Origin: Macrostomum lignano | Lineage: Eukaryota | Direction: 5' to 3' | Length of the DNA stretch: 64,000 nt | Assembly (NCBI GenBank): GCA_002269645.1 | Contig: NIVC01000628.1 | Coordinates: 124,001-188,000 of the forward strand | Shown here: positions 13,431-26,819 of the stretch, piece after piece | Layout: each line of letters starts with the position of its first letter | Numbering within the stretch: position 1 is the first letter of the stretch | Made by a program: the position numbers and the translations under genes | The notes under the pieces: generated by a model | Databases searched by the model: none | Seen by the model: only the letters and a program-made list of their open reading frames with translations | What the model was told of the DNA's origin: nothing

Positions 13431-13900
13431 CAGGGTTGCACTTGGGAGGTTTGAATTCCTAGTCTCAAATAAATCGTCAGCAATCATCAAAAATATCTCA
13501 GAAAACGATCAACACGCTTGCCTCGCAAGATTAGACAATCGGATGTGTCTAATGGAACATCACATTTGGATTCAAATGGAGTGCGTTTTAATTCGCGTTT
13601 TAAAGTGATAAACTGAGTGCTTCTAGCGCGCAGTTCCTGAATCCTTTTTAAGGGTTTCGACGAAAGCTTTTTATTAAACGCATCATTTCCTGCCTGTTAG
13701 CATTTTCATAGCAACGATTTGTTGACTGCTCACAGCTTTGAAATAACAAACGGGTTTTTTTCACCCTCCGGCGAATCACTACTCTCGGCTAGCGCTTAAC
13801 GCGTAAAAGCCTATTTAAATGGACTGATTCGTTTGGTAGCAGGTTTAAATTTTTGCTGAGACTATAGCTGCAATAACCGCTACAATCCAAGGCTGTAACG

Positions 13901-14917
13901 ATGAGCTCACCGAAGCTATGGAACGCTGTTCTCATCGTGTTCGGCCTGCTGACAGGTGTCCGGTGCGCGCAGCAGACCGCAGTATATCAGCAGGCCGATG
14001 CCCAGTGCGCACCGGAAGATTCACCGATAGTCCGAGCTCGAATCCTTGCAACGGCAACTACACCTTCGGCGACGAGTTGCGCGATTATGGCTTCGCAAAC
14101 GGCGCAGACTGGCGCTCTGGTGGCGCAGTTCCGCCGAGCCAGCCGGCAGTGCACCATATTCCAGTTTCAATCCATCTGCCAGCACCTGATGCCTGGCAAA
14201 ACCTCCGGATGCTACGTTTACTTTCGCTTTCCGATTGACCATGGGTTGCTGAACGCCAAGCTCAGCAATGTGTGGGTGGGCGACCGCGCCGGCAAGCTGG
14301 AGAACCTGGTTTGCCAGGCCCATGAGGACACCAATCGGCTCTACCCGTTCAACATCCAGTGGAGCAGCGAGGGCGCCTATTTCGACGGCACAACGGCCTA
14401 TGCGGTGCTGAACAAGTCGAGCCTGAACTTTGCCAGCGGACTCACCTGGCTGATGAAGCTAAAGAGGCAGCCTCAGGTTCAGCCGATCCTGGAATTCGCC
14501 GACTGCAACAATATAAACGGCGTCACCGGTTACGGCATTCACCTGTGGGAGAATGGCGCCCCTGGTCAGCTGTACATCAGGGCCAACCGAATCACGGGAA
14601 GCCTGCTGCCGTTTGTCTACTCAGCAACTGATGCGCTGCCGCTGGGCCAAAACGACTGGCTGAACATCGCCTTCACGGCCAATGGGAGCAACTTTGATGT
14701 CTTCGTGGCTGATTCCTTCCTGCCAAGGCACACCCTCTCTCTTTATAGCGACAACAACCCCAATCCCATAACCAACTCGAACGCCTGCCTGTACCTCGGA
14801 ATGCGAGTGGAGCCAGCCAACAATCCCAGGTTCAAAGGCACCATGAAGGCGCTGGCCTTCGCTGGGACGAGCATGTCGGAGGCGGAGATACGCGAGTTCT
14901 TCTCCATCTTTGAATGA
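13901..14917 (+). CDS. Single-exon secreted protein: signal peptide, degenerate PAN/apple-like Cys module, C-terminal LamG/concanavalin-A-like domain (338 aa)
   Basis: Hydrophobic N-terminus ending in VRC-A. Cys spacing C..SATSCAI..CTIF..C..CYVY. LamG-like motifs GAYFDGTTAYA, WLNIAFTANGSNFDVFV, LYLG and FKGTMKALAF..MSEAEIREF. Confidence 0.75.
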   Translation: MSSPKLWNAVLIVFGLLTGVRCAQQTAVYQQADAQCAPEDSPIVRARILATATTPSATSCAIMASQTAQTGALVAQFRRASRQCTIFQFQSICQHLMPGKTSGCYVYFRFPIDHGLLNAKLSNVWVGDRAGKLENLVCQAHEDTNRLYPFNIQWSSEGAYFDGTTAYAVLNKSSLNFASGLTWLMKLKRQPQVQPILEFADCNNINGVTGYGIHLWENGAPGQLYIRANRITGSLLPFVYSATDALPLGQNDWLNIAFTANGSNFDVFVADSFLPRHTLSLYSDNNPNPITNSNACLYLGMRVEPANNPRFKGTMKALAFAGTSMSEAEIREFFSIFE

Positions 14918-15309
14918 AGAGCAAAAATTGGCAAGAGTTTGTGCCTGGCCACAGATAATGAGCATCTGATTGCTGCACACTCGATATCTGCGGTTTGAAC
15001 ACTTGAAGAGGCTTATAACTTTCCGAACACATTTCCAATGTACGGACTGAAAGTACGATTAAATAAAGATAAGATGCCGCATCAACTTTCTTAGGCTTAA
15101 GCAGTCTTAAATTTAATTTTACATGCCGGCATTGAGTCGTAAGAAGAGTGATGGCACGTTAGAAGACCGCGTGATGCGTCGTAAAAAATGATAGTAATAA
15201 AAAACTAAATTAAATAATTAATATAAGTTAATAGCTAGTGGTTATTGGTCCAGTAGTTCTCCCATTAGCCTAATTCAATGGTAGATTGTATTGTATGCAA
15301 CTGAGCTGA

Positions 15310-15337
15310 ATAATGGCCAAAACAGGAGTGCGCGTAG
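15310..15337 (-). repeat. Copy of a short dispersed hairpin element with a CTACGCGCACTC core
   Basis: Matches the reverse complement of the right half of 26769-26819. Confidence 0.55.
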
Positions 15338-16132
15338 GAGTCTGGGACCCAGTTTACAGTGAGGTTGGCATAGCAGCTAAAACGAACAGCGAAATGATAT
15401 GAAACTGTCCCTTTTACTGCTTAAAATGGTACTCAACCGAAAAGTAAATCTCGAAATCTCGAATGAAGCTTTGTGTTGAACTCTGACTCGACTGACTTCG
15501 ATCATTTACGAACTGTGGATTCTGGGTTCAGTGCTCGGGGTGGGTTATTTGTCTGGTGAGGGTCTGCGCACTTTGTGTACATCGTTGCTCATTCTCCCTC
15601 CTCGTGCAAGCCTTATCTCTGTCACCCACCCCAATGCAATGCTGCGATGCTTGTTAAATTTATGTTCTTACCTAAGACTGACTTTAATAACCTTGTGTCA
15701 ATGCTGAGAGTTAAAGCTATTAATTTTCCCTTCGAATTTTAAATACCTTACTGCAGGGGATGAAGTATTTTACCTAATGACTCAAGAAGATAGGGATACG
15801 AGCGTACAATGTAAATTCTAGAAAAATTCATCAAAGACATGACGCAAGCCAGAATGCAGCCTAATTGTGTATTAAGGTCTCGTTTGCAATTCTGAGGTAC
15901 AGTACAAGGATGAACCAAACGTTCGTACGTTCTGGCACAAGCCGACATTGCGTGCTGACCTTCCCCAGCTGGTGCAGGAGGTGCAAAACGCTTCGTTGCG
16001 ATATTCACAGCTGGCCAGATAGAGTGCAAGTGCTGCATCTTGGACCCTCTGTTGATGGTCGGCCAGCCCGTGGCCGAACTTCAAGACCCGTGTCGCCGCT
16101 TAAAAACCGATGGTTGCTGCTTCCGTGCTGCT

Positions 16133-16919
16133 GTGTTCTGAAGGGCGTCCTGACCCTCAGTTTCTTCTGAAGGGCGTCCTGACCCTCAGTTTCTTCTGAA
16201 GGGCGTCCTGACCCTCAGTTTCTTCTGAAGGGCGTCCTGACCCTCAGTTTCTTCTGAAGGGCGTCCTGACCCTCAGTTTCTTCTGAAGGGCGTCCTGACC
16301 CTCAGTTTCTTCTGAAGGGCGTCCTGACCCTCAGTTTCTTCTGAAGGGCGTCCTGACCCTCAGTTTCTTCTGAAGGGCGTCCTGACCCTCAGTTTCTTCT
16401 GAAGGGCGTCCTGACCCTCAGTTTCTTCTGAAGGGCGTCCTGACCCTCAGTTTCTTCTGAAGGGCGTCCTGACCCTCAGTTTCTTCTGAAGGGCGTCCTG
16501 ACCCTCAGTTTCTTCTGAAGGGCGTCCTGACCCTCAGTTTCTTCTGAAGGGCGTCCTGACCCTCAGTTTCTTCTGAAGGGCGTCCTGACCCTCAGTTTCT
16601 TCTGAAGGGCATCCTGACCCTCAGTTTCTTCTGAAGGGCGTCCTGACCCTCAGTTTCTTCTGAAGGGCGTCCTGACCCTCAGTTTCTTCTGAAGGGCGTC
16701 CTGACCCTCAGTTTCTTCTGAAGGGCGTCCTGACCCTCAGTTTCTTCTGAAGGGCGTCCTGACCCTCAGTTTCTTCTGAAGGGCGTCCTGACCCTCAGTT
16801 TCTTCTGAAGGGCGTCCTGACCCTCAGTTTCTTCTGAAGGGCGTCCTGACCCTCAGTTTCTTCTGAAGGGCGTCCTGACCCTCAGTTTCTTCTGAAGGGC
16901 GTCCTGACCCTCAGTTTCT
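16133..16919. repeat. Near-perfect 29-bp minisatellite (GAAGGGCGTCCTGACCCTCAGTTTCTTCT), about 27 copies
   Basis: Contiguous units with no spacers; one variant unit near 16610. Confidence 0.97.
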
Positions 16920-18391
16920 GCAATTAGCTGGTGTTGGTCCTGTGGCGCAGGAAAACTAGATAAAAATTCATCTTCAACGGCACCCTACCCATTGAAGCTT
17001 CCATTGGACTCAAGATCGGTGCAAGAGTGTACTTTGTCTAGCCGTTACGTTGGAAGTCTTACAAACTAGATCGCCGTTAGTTGTATTCAAATCTCTTCTA
17101 AATATTACTCTGGAAAAACCTCAATGTTCAAATTCGTGTTGTTTTTCGCACTGAAAAGATTGCTGAATTTATCAGTGGTAACAAAACTCTGCCATGCCAA
17201 ATGAACATTTGCTCACTTGCAAACGCTGTGAACCGCATGAAAATGATTGTTTGAGAATTCTGTAGGAACGATGGCAAAATTAGTTTATTAGTACGTCATG
17301 TTCATCATGGCCTAACAACATACTCTTAACAACCAGCTCGCCACGGGGAGTGCTAGTCGCCAACTTTACATTTTTAACCCGCTTAAATAACCGGTTGGAA
17401 CTCATTTTTTGTATACTTCTTCCTTATCCACCCAAACTCTTGTACCCACCTCTGTGCTCTTGTACTTATTTTCAATTGCTAACAAATTAATTGGTCTTAA
17501 GCCTTTATATATTCCTTTGTTTCTTTCAAACAAGATGCTCATTGTTGGACGAAATGCACTGGCCAATGAAATGTAATAAAATAATCGAATTTAAAACAAT
17601 TGAACTAATTATATGTGCTGATTATTTCTTTCGTGTATCTACTTTTCATTAAGCGAGCTTTAATTTAGTGGGCTTTTCCACAACTTTAGATTTCTTAGGC
17701 GAAGCTCCGGTAAAATTTCATATAGATACGCCGGGGCTGAGGCCTCAGTCGCTTGAATTCTCCGCCCTCTGCCGCCGAGTTGGGCGAGTTGCCGCGAGTT
17801 GCCGCGTGGCAGGGGTTCAAGCAACCAAAACGTGAAGCTCATTTTCATTCCTATCACAGGCGAAAACGTTAAAATACGCAGGCGAAAGCAGATTAGTTGG
17901 GCTTGGCCGTTTTCTTTTGGTTGAGTTAGAGGTTAGTCTTTGAGTCCTTTCGCCGCTCTTTCTCGCGCACTTGGCTTCTCACCCACCGGCCCGGCCACGT
18001 GCTGCGCTCGTCAAACTTCTCAGACTGACTAACCTCGTCTGTCAACCGCATCGCCTTCGCTCGCCGCCTCACCTTTGCCTTCTACTCGTATCTGCTGGCT
18101 GTTACAGTTTTGACACGTTTGCATGGTTGCTTTCCACTGTTGGCTTCCATTATTCCATTCATTCGCCAAAGGTAGAAGGCTGTGAAAACTGAGCTTTGAA
18201 AGCAGTGTTCGTTGATTCAGCTGGCAAATAACTGTCAACTGTGTAGAGATAAGATATTCTAATCTATGCATTAGACTGAAAAAGCGACAGAGTAAGGGTG
18301 ATAAATATCTAAATAGCGATTAATTTATTTTTGCAAGTTAACTGGCCCTCGCCAGTTTGAAGACAACTGACAGCCTTTTTCATCTTCTGCG

Positions 18392-21300
18392 ATGGAAGCT
18401 CATTCTGCAACGGAGTCTGCAACAGCTGCTCAGCAGGAGCAAAAACCGGTGAGCAAATGCAGGAAGTGCAGCAGCCACCTTTTCAAATCAAGCGAAGCAA
18501 ATTTTGAATTTTTGAGAAGAGACATTTGTAACCTTTTGAATTAGGGAAAAATTGAGCTTACAAAAAATCTCTCGAATTATGCAAATCAAAGCAGACGTCA
18601 ACTTTATATGCTCTGAATTAAACCGACTGCAGTCGATAATGTGTAGAACGAGTCGACTAGAATGTGATAAAGTTCCTACCTTGGGCTTCTAGGGGGATAA
18701 TATTGGGATTTACGTCTTCAATGGGTCGAAAAACTGACGTCGATCAACTGTTGTTCCGCGTTTCTAGGCAACTGCTCCGACAAGTTGCCGATTGCAGACA
18801 GTCTGGTTCCTGGTTGCCCCACTGTTTGGGTAGCGTAAAATATACATACGTTGAAGCGTATATTTTTGCCAATTGTACTTTTTGATGGGATGCAATACGA
18901 ACGCGAAAATCATGCCAGAAGAGTGGAAAAAAGGGGAACTACCTACTATGCACTCGCTGCCAACCAAATAATTATCAATCTGCTCGTACAATAACGCTAG
19001 GCTTAACTAGATGTTTTTTGTTTTAAATAGTCAATGCAACGACAAAAGAACAGAATGCGAGGGCATGAGTATTTCTAGGAAAGCAAAATCATAGAGAAGT
19101 TTAAATTGGCACCATTTTTATGAGTGTACAAAGACTAGTAGGTAAAGTAGAGTCTACAAGTCTTTAGATTATTTCCTCCCCTTCTTCTTTCCGAAAAAAA
19201 GAACACAATGGCTCTCTCGACGATACTTCGCTTGGCCTTTCAACTACCACTTTACTAAAGGACATTGTGATGGTCGAAAATTGATATTAACTACAAGAAT
19301 TTATGTTTTCAGGTTTGTAGTGATATTTTAAAGTACGAGCGTAAAGAAACAAAGCACCGATCTTCTATGATACAGAAACTTCTCAGAGCTTTTGATATTG
19401 GTTCGTTTTCTTACCGTAAAAAACGTAATTACGGGTTGCGAACTCCAGAAAAGCTACCTGGACGAGCTGCCGTACTACTCCAACTACCAACTGGCCGATG
19501 ACGAGGTGCCCCTGGCCAAGTACCTGCTTCCCGCCGACTCTGCCGAAGTGCAGCGAGGTGTCGAGTCCGGCCGCTTCCCGACGCTCTCCGGCTTGGCGCG
19601 GCTGCAGCGGCAGCGAGGCCAGCCGCCCAATCCGTTGGGCGACGCGGCGAACGAGTCGCCGCCGGCTCCGTTTCCACCGCGACGCACCAAAACGGAGCTG
19701 CTCGAATCGAAGGACTTTACAGAGACGGACAAGTTCGCCGAGTCGGTGACGCCGTTGCCAAGCGACGACTGGGAGCAGCTGGCGGAGCGGCTGTTCGAGC
19801 AGAGCCGCAGCAACCTGGAGAAGGTGAGGGTCGCGTTCTGCTTCGCCTGCGCGCACCGGCAGCTGGCAGAGGTTGCTGAAGAAACTCCGGCATACAAAGC
19901 TATCCGGGAAAATGAGGCGACGGATGTATTTGAGAAGCTGCTTGGGTAAGTTCCATTTTCTGGTCGATGTTTTGGTCTTTTGAATCTTTACATAGAAACT
20001 TTTGACGTGAATATTTTAGTAGTAGAAAAGCAAAAAATGTTATTCTGTATAAGACCACTTGACTTACTTGACTTAGCTGCAGGGCTGTCCCGGAGGGGAC
20101 ACAGCGGGAAGGCGCGGGTGCCCATTCCGCTAGTCCCTGAACGGCCGACGCGTCGCTATGGACGGAGGGTTGGCGCCGCCCAGGGAGGTCTCCCAGTGTC
20201 GCCAGCAGCTATAATGCTCTCTGGAAAGGAGAGATAAGACCATAAGACCAGGTTACAAGTAGATTGTCGAATGAGTTCATCATATCCTCATAGGTGACCC
20301 TTAGACCCATAGACAAATAGGAAGCCCTCTAAGAGCGTAGTACAGAGGCAAACCCAAAGGAATCCTCACAGTCGACGTTTCAAAATCAATGTTCCATGCT
20401 GTACGCTCATTATTCAACGCTTCGGAATCATTATTTAAGGCTACTAAAATGCTTTCATGGTACAATGGTTAGTGGTGTATATGGTTTTGAGGTAGACAAT
20501 GATTCGTTTTTCACGAGTGGCTACGCGCACTCGTCACATTGGCCATTAATTTAAATTCTCGCTTCATAATAGCTGTACGAGTATTGATTGAATTGTCTAT
20601 AGTCGAAACAGGACTTTCAGTTAATGACCAGCCATTAAGCAAAGGTCATTACCGTGAAGTGACATTTCGATCAATAAAGTTTATTCAGCGAATATTAACC
20701 AAGACTATCTGATGATAAAAACATTAGTCAGTGTCTTTTACATTGACTTTAGCATTTCGATTCGTTTCCAAGGATTCGAAACTAATTTTTTCAGCTGTGG
20801 AAAAGTGCCAAACAAGAAGCTTTACGGCTACAAAAAGGGTGCGGACTCCGACTCTGGCGTAAAGGCCGAACTCGGTGGCTGTTGGTTCGCGTGCTACGTT
20901 GAGGGCGAATGGCGATTCGTTGACCCGCACTGGGGTGCTACGGCTGTGATGAACCACGATTCCGGCAGATATGGCTCCATTGACGATAAGGGCCGAGTCA
21001 GCAGTGCCAGAGAACAGAAGGGACAGAGCGTATTTTACCGTGATGAGTTTCACTTCCTGACTGATCCAGAAAGGCTGATCACAAACCATTGTCCACAACA
21101 GCATGATCTGGAGTGGCAGCTGCTAGCGAGGCCACTCAGTATTGAAGAATTTGAACTTTTTCCTCGCTACTTTGGAGGTTCTGCCATAGAAATGGAATTC
21201 TACGATCTGGAGCCGATAAACTATCCTTATAACGTCATCGTAGCAAAGCCGGGACCCGTTGAGATTCTGTTGAAGGAGCGATCGGGAGAACAGTATAGGT

Positions 21301-24300
21301 ACAGCGGGCAGCTAAAGATACACAAGAAGCACATCAACAGTGAATCAAAGACAGCCATTTTGAGTGCCCATCAGGAGAAGGCCTGCATCAGCAAGGGGAT
21401 CCGTGTGTCAAAGGATACCGTCAAGTTCATCTTTGAGCCACCATATCCAGGACAATACGCTCTGGAAATCATTCTCTGGCGTCAGGTCAGTGAGGTTACG
21501 CTAACTGGATGTAAGTTCCTTACGTATACGATCCACTGCCCTCAAAACTGGGAATCGGTCGATGTCATCCCGGAGGGCCAGGAAAATCTTCGCGAGTTCG
21601 GACCAGGACAAGACCTTCAACGAGCTGGACTAACCTCAGAAGCGCCCGGAGAGCTGAAGGCTGCCGACGGAGAGGCATCGCTGGAAATTGCACCGCTTGA
21701 TGAGGACGAAAAACCTAGTAGTGACCATCTGAGGTGAGAGACTATGAGAGCCACATTCTATACTGAGAAATCAGAAAACAAACAGTTAGGGCATGGCTAC
21801 TATTCAATACGATTCCCTGCAGACAACAAATCACCACAGCAAACAGACAATAATCAGTTAGAATCTTCATACGCTCGTAAAAACATCATTTTCTGTGGCA
21901 TAAGACCAGCAAGACATCATTCAAATATTGATTTTGTGGTTATACTAACCAACAGAAAAAAATGAATCAATAACCAGCCAATTAAAAAATCTGATTCCGA
22001 CAATATTTACATTGCAGAAGTCTGACGTGCCAAGCGCTGGGTCCGGACAACAAGCCCCTGCCGACGGGCAGCGTGCTCGTGTGGCGCGACGATCGCCGCA
22101 ACGCCTTCCTGTTCCTGGCGCCCGATTCCGGCTACTACGCTCTGGTGCTCTACGAGAACGGTCGGCCCGTCGGCCAGTTCCTGGTGGACGCCAGCAGCGA
22201 AGCCAAGGACGGCGCGAGCTTCCCGCTGCCCGACTGGAGCCGTGTCGGAGGTCTCGGACTCGCCGCTGTAAACAAGGCGGACGGCGGAGGCTGTCGGCTG
22301 GTGCCACTGAGCCACCAAACGCCGTACGTTCGAACCGAAGAGTTCGAGTTGGCGATGCGCTTCGGTGTTGATGGCGCAGGCGAAGAAGGCGACGCAGGTA
22401 TCGAATTGAAGTCGGAGATGCTGGGTGTCGGAGCGGACGGAGGGACCGAGTCGGTCGGCGACTACTCGTTAGTGAGCGGCGTCGAGGGCGGCGGCTTCGA
22501 GGTGCGGTGCCGGTTCCCGAGAGCGGGCCACTACCTGCTCCGCCTGTCGTTCCGAGAGAGCGGCGGAGACTGGCGCCCGTACTTCACGTACTTCGTGCGA
22601 GCTGTGGGCCAGCTGGACGGATCGGCATCCGCGTTTCCGAGCCTCGGTGCGGACTGGCCGGTCGGCGGAGCGCTCATCGAGCCGCTGGACCGCACGCTGT
22701 CCGTTGGACAGCCGACGCCGATATGCCTCCGTCTCGTGGATTCCGCAGCTATCGGCGCTGTGGAGGTGGTCGACGAGCGAAGCGGCAGTCGGGAGCCGTT
22801 GAGTCGCGACCCGCAGGACCCGCGGTTGTGGTTCGGGTCCGTGACGGCATCTGCGGGTAACACCGATGGAGCGAACGCTGCCGGGAGCGGCGGCGTGACG
22901 GTGGTGGCCCGTGTCAACGACGGCGTTGAGACACAGCTTGTAAAGTTCGACGTCGAGTCGGGAAGCAGCGCGGAGGCCAAGGCGGCGGCACTGCGCGAAG
23001 CTCGGGAGCTAAACGAGCGACGTCGGGTGGCCGAGGAGAATCGGCAGCGGAAGCGGGAGAACCGGCGCCGCCACGAAGAGGGACTGGAGCCGCTGCCTAC
23101 CCAGGTGCATTTTTTAATCCTACTTGCACATGTATCTCAGATTTTTGCGATTGATTAGTAAATAATGGCACCGATTGATCGCTTATTTCACAAGTTACGC
23201 TTTTACTTTTATCTTTATGTAGGATTCGCTTAAGAAATTGGCTGAAGCAGAAGCTGCTGCAAAAGCGGCGGCAGAGGCAGAAGCCGCAGCCAAAGCCAAT
23301 GCGGCGTCCAACAAGACGTTTGAAAGGGTGGAAGTGGCTTCAAAAAAATCGACTGACTCGAAGGCAGCTTCCAATGAAGCTGTGAAAGCGGCATCCAGGG
23401 CGGAATCTGCCGGTCAGGCGGTGACAACGGCGGGTGCCGCAGTAGAGGCGGCTGTTCAGTCAGCGGCCGAAGCTGCCAGGACTGCGGCTGAAGCTGCGAA
23501 GTCAGGTGAAGTTAAAAAAGCTGCCAAGGCGGCGAAATTAGCGGAGACAGCCGCTCTTGAAGCGAAATCTGCCGCTCAGGCTGCAGTGAGTGCCGCGACC
23601 GATGCGCGTACGGCCGCCAAAGCGTCTGCCGAGGCGGAACAAAAAGCCAAGACGGCGGCCGAGGCGGCGAGAAACGAAGCGGACCAAGCAGCAGTGGAAG
23701 CTGAGAAATCAGGAAATGACCAAACCAAAAAGGCCGCTCAAAATGCCGCAACACTGGTCGATGAGGCGGAAGCTAAATTGAAGACGTCAAAGGAGGCTTC
23801 AGAAAAGGCTGCCGCGGAAGCTGACGCCGCAAGTAAGAAGGCCGCGAAGGCCTCCTCAGATTCTGAGGCTGCAAGCAAATCGTTAGCTGAAGCGAATGCG
23901 GCAGCGACAACAGCTGCTGAAGCAGCAGCAGCGGCAAAGGCAGCCGAGGCAGAAGCTGCGGCGGCAGCGAAGGAAGAGGTCAAACTTCTCATTTCTCAGC
24001 TAGACGAGGCGCTGCTTAGTAGAAAAGTTGTTCAGTTGCGCAAGGCGATCAAGGCTTTGGAACCGCACGAGTTTGGATTGCACCGCTATCACGAAAGGAA
24101 ACTGCGGGAAGCTCGGCTGACACTGACTGCGCTGCAGAATAGGAAGGGTGCGTGAGGAACGACGAGGTTGTACAGTCCGATTTCAATGAGGAGTTCATAG
24201 TTTTGTGGTTTACATCCAGGTCAACATTCAGTTGAAATTCTCAATGAAGTCATACGAAAGCCTGATACAGGTATAGAGGATTAGAGACAAACCAGATTGG

Positions 24301-26062
24301 AACCTGATGATTTTGAATTCAGCTTTTGTTTATCTGATGCATCATTCTTGAGTTACCCGACCAGCTCACCTCCCACCCCTGCAGACATACGGGACGCCAT
24401 GGCGGACGCTCAGCGAGCCCGCAGCACCGACCGCCTGCGCGCGTTGGTGCACCGTCTGGAGGCTGAAGCCGAGTCGCAGCCGCTGACGGAGGCGCAGCTG
24501 GCGCTGTTCAGCGAGGACCTGCGGCTCGCCAGAGAGGCCATCCAGCGAGATGACAAGCTGAAGCGAATTCCCTCACACCGGCTGGAGATGAGTCCGAAGA
24601 GTCTGTCCGAGCTGAGGCAGTACAGCCGGCCAGTGGAAACGGTGCACCGAACGGTGCAGGCGCTGCTGCTGCTGCTCGGGTACTACGAAAAGCGCACACG
24701 GGTGAGCGATCCGCGCTTCATCATTTGCCGCTTCTATGGATTCATTCTGAGTCTGGGACAAACTATTGAAATGCCTTCATGTAAATAAGTACTTTCCTGA
24801 TTTAATCAACCACATTAGGGTGTCGAAAGGAAGTTTACAAGGTGTTTAGCAATTGCTTAACAATGTCCCTTTGGCGCAAATTTGAATTCCATTTAGTTTA
24901 ATGAACGTTTCTTGATTATTTATTAATTATATGGCCCTCTAAAACAGTGATCGAATTACACTACTGCAAGTAGTGGATATTGGTGGAGTGGATTATCATA
25001 CATTTTTTCTCCACCTGACAGAAATGGCCTCGCTGCCAACCGCTGTTGAAGAGCATCAACAAGTCTGTCGCGGACTTTCAGCCACGCTTCGTTGATCCGC
25101 GCATCGCTGCCCGAAGTTCGGAGATTCTGAGCAGTATCGACAAGCGCGAGATCGCCCTGCAGAGCGCTGCCGCCTTCGCTTTCTATGAATGGGTTCGTTC
25201 GAGTTCGAATAAGCAACGTTTTTGAAATTTCGTTCGTAAGCGGAATCGAAAATACGATCTTATCGCCCGAATATACGGGTACTTGGGCCTTGACCGCACA
25301 GCGTTCATGTGACAGTCGTTTCCTACAAATGAATTAAGCCGAAAATCATGATCTCACATGTTATCTTTACGTTAGACACCATGCATTAGCTACACCCATA
25401 TCATGCATCCCAAGGTTGGGAGTTTTGGCCTGATCTGACTAATCACGCACAAGTCGCAGACTCACCATCCGGAAGTTATTAGCGAAAATCGTAATTTCGA
25501 TTCCGTGGTTAATTGAGTAAATTATTTACAGGTCTTGCTTCATTGGGCCGATAAATAAGAAATTCTAGCTCTGAGTTTACTACATATTGGCCTATTAGTG
25601 TGTGAATTTTTGCTTAAATCTGAATTGAATTGAAGGGTCTCTAAAAATGTTTGAATGCGCTGGGGTAGAACCTAGAAACCCTGGGGCTACAGGGAACATA
25701 CTTGGATGGGATCTTCCCTGTGTGCCTGGTCGAACTGCTCTGACAGGATTTCGATAGCAGTCGGCAATTCGGGCTGCATTTTGTCGCTTACAGTAAGTTG
25801 ACATCCCACTTGGCTTCCGGTTCCGACTTCTCCGACTGAACCCCCTGTCTCAAAGAGTTTTGACTTTAATTTTCTAATATTCGAATCCTTGCAGGCAGTC
25901 AAAACAGCGAACTCGATCAAGGAGGCGTCAACACCGGAGACCTTCGTTCCGGCCAGCATGAAGCAGCAGATACTAATCCTTGGCGTCACCGAAGAAGAGG
26001 ACGCCACGTGGGACTTCGACGACGAAGGCATCCGCAGGAGGTCGTCCGTGGTGCCTAAGTAG
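18392..26062 (+). CDS. Hillarin/KY-like transglutaminase-fold protein, paralog A; exons 18392..18448, 19449..19945, 20795..21733, 22018..23104, 23223..24147, 24385..24701, 25022..25192, 25895..26062 (1386 aa)
   Basis: The eight exons join in phase (4161 nt). Motifs LEKVRVAF, GYKKG, WFACYVEGEWRFVDPHWG, EFHFLTDPE and WQLLARP are present, followed by beta-sandwich-like repeats, an Ala-rich helix, and a hillarin-like C-terminus (LSELRQYSRP..VQALLLLLG, AAAFAFYEW). Exon 1 is less certain. Confidence 0.8.
20513..20534 (+). repeat. Short dispersed hairpin element ACGAGTG-GCTACGCG-CACTCGT
   Basis: Perfect 7-bp stem with the same core as the copies at 15310 and 26769. Confidence 0.6.
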
Positions 26063-26768
26063 ACTCCAGTCTATCTAAAGACGACGAAAGGCCCCCCCAG
26101 AAAAACGACTGTGATTTTCCTAGACGCAGCACAATAGTTATCCAAGGACCGCTGGTAGCTAGTAAGAGGACGTGACACACAATCCTGGCTTTCTAAGATT
26201 TAAGGATCTTATAATGATTTTAATATTCATCAAGCTCATTAAAGAGGCAAGAAGGGTTTACATTTTCTTTCTTGTGACCAGTAATTGTTCTTATTATTTA
26301 TATTGAAACATGTATCTTTATATACGAGTAGGTTCTTCTTTTTGTGAGCTAAAGTGCCACATGTACTTTTAATATATTTTTTTTCCACTTGACCGAAGAG
26401 AAGTATATACGAACTAAGTAATAATTGCCTAGATTATATCATTGCAAAGAACTTTTACCCAGACAAAATGACAAGTCAAAACGGCCATTATTACACTATT
26501 CAGCAGCAGATTTTTCAAACTGATAAGAGCAGGCATACTGCTATGATTTTATTAAGCTAATTAAAAGTTTATGACTAGCGAATTCAACTGGCCCTCGCCA
26601 CGCGTAATCAATGTACACCATACTCTCTGTCTAAGTGACCAATCAGTTCACCCACCCCATCTCTCGTTCAATTTAAGTGTAAAAAACGACGTTCTAACTC
26701 GTCCTTGTGTTCTGTCTGCTGGATAAAAGTTCTTTATAATGTGCTTGTATAGTATGCTGCATCGTTGA

Positions 26769-26819
26769 ATAATGGCCAGAAACACACGTGCTACGCGCAC
26801 TCGTGTTTTTCGCCATTAT
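26769..26819 (+). repeat. Longer copy of the same hairpin element (ATAATGGC...GCCATTAT)
   Basis: 8-bp terminal stem plus an imperfect inner stem around CTACGCG. Confidence 0.6.

Noticed and set aside
16133-16919. 29-bp array as a CRISPR locus
   Set aside because: The units are contiguous with no unique spacers, there are no cas genes, and the context is eukaryotic.
15865-17100. Minus-strand gene spanning the 29-bp array
   Set aside because: Splice-like signals exist, but I found no recognisable protein or convincing frame.
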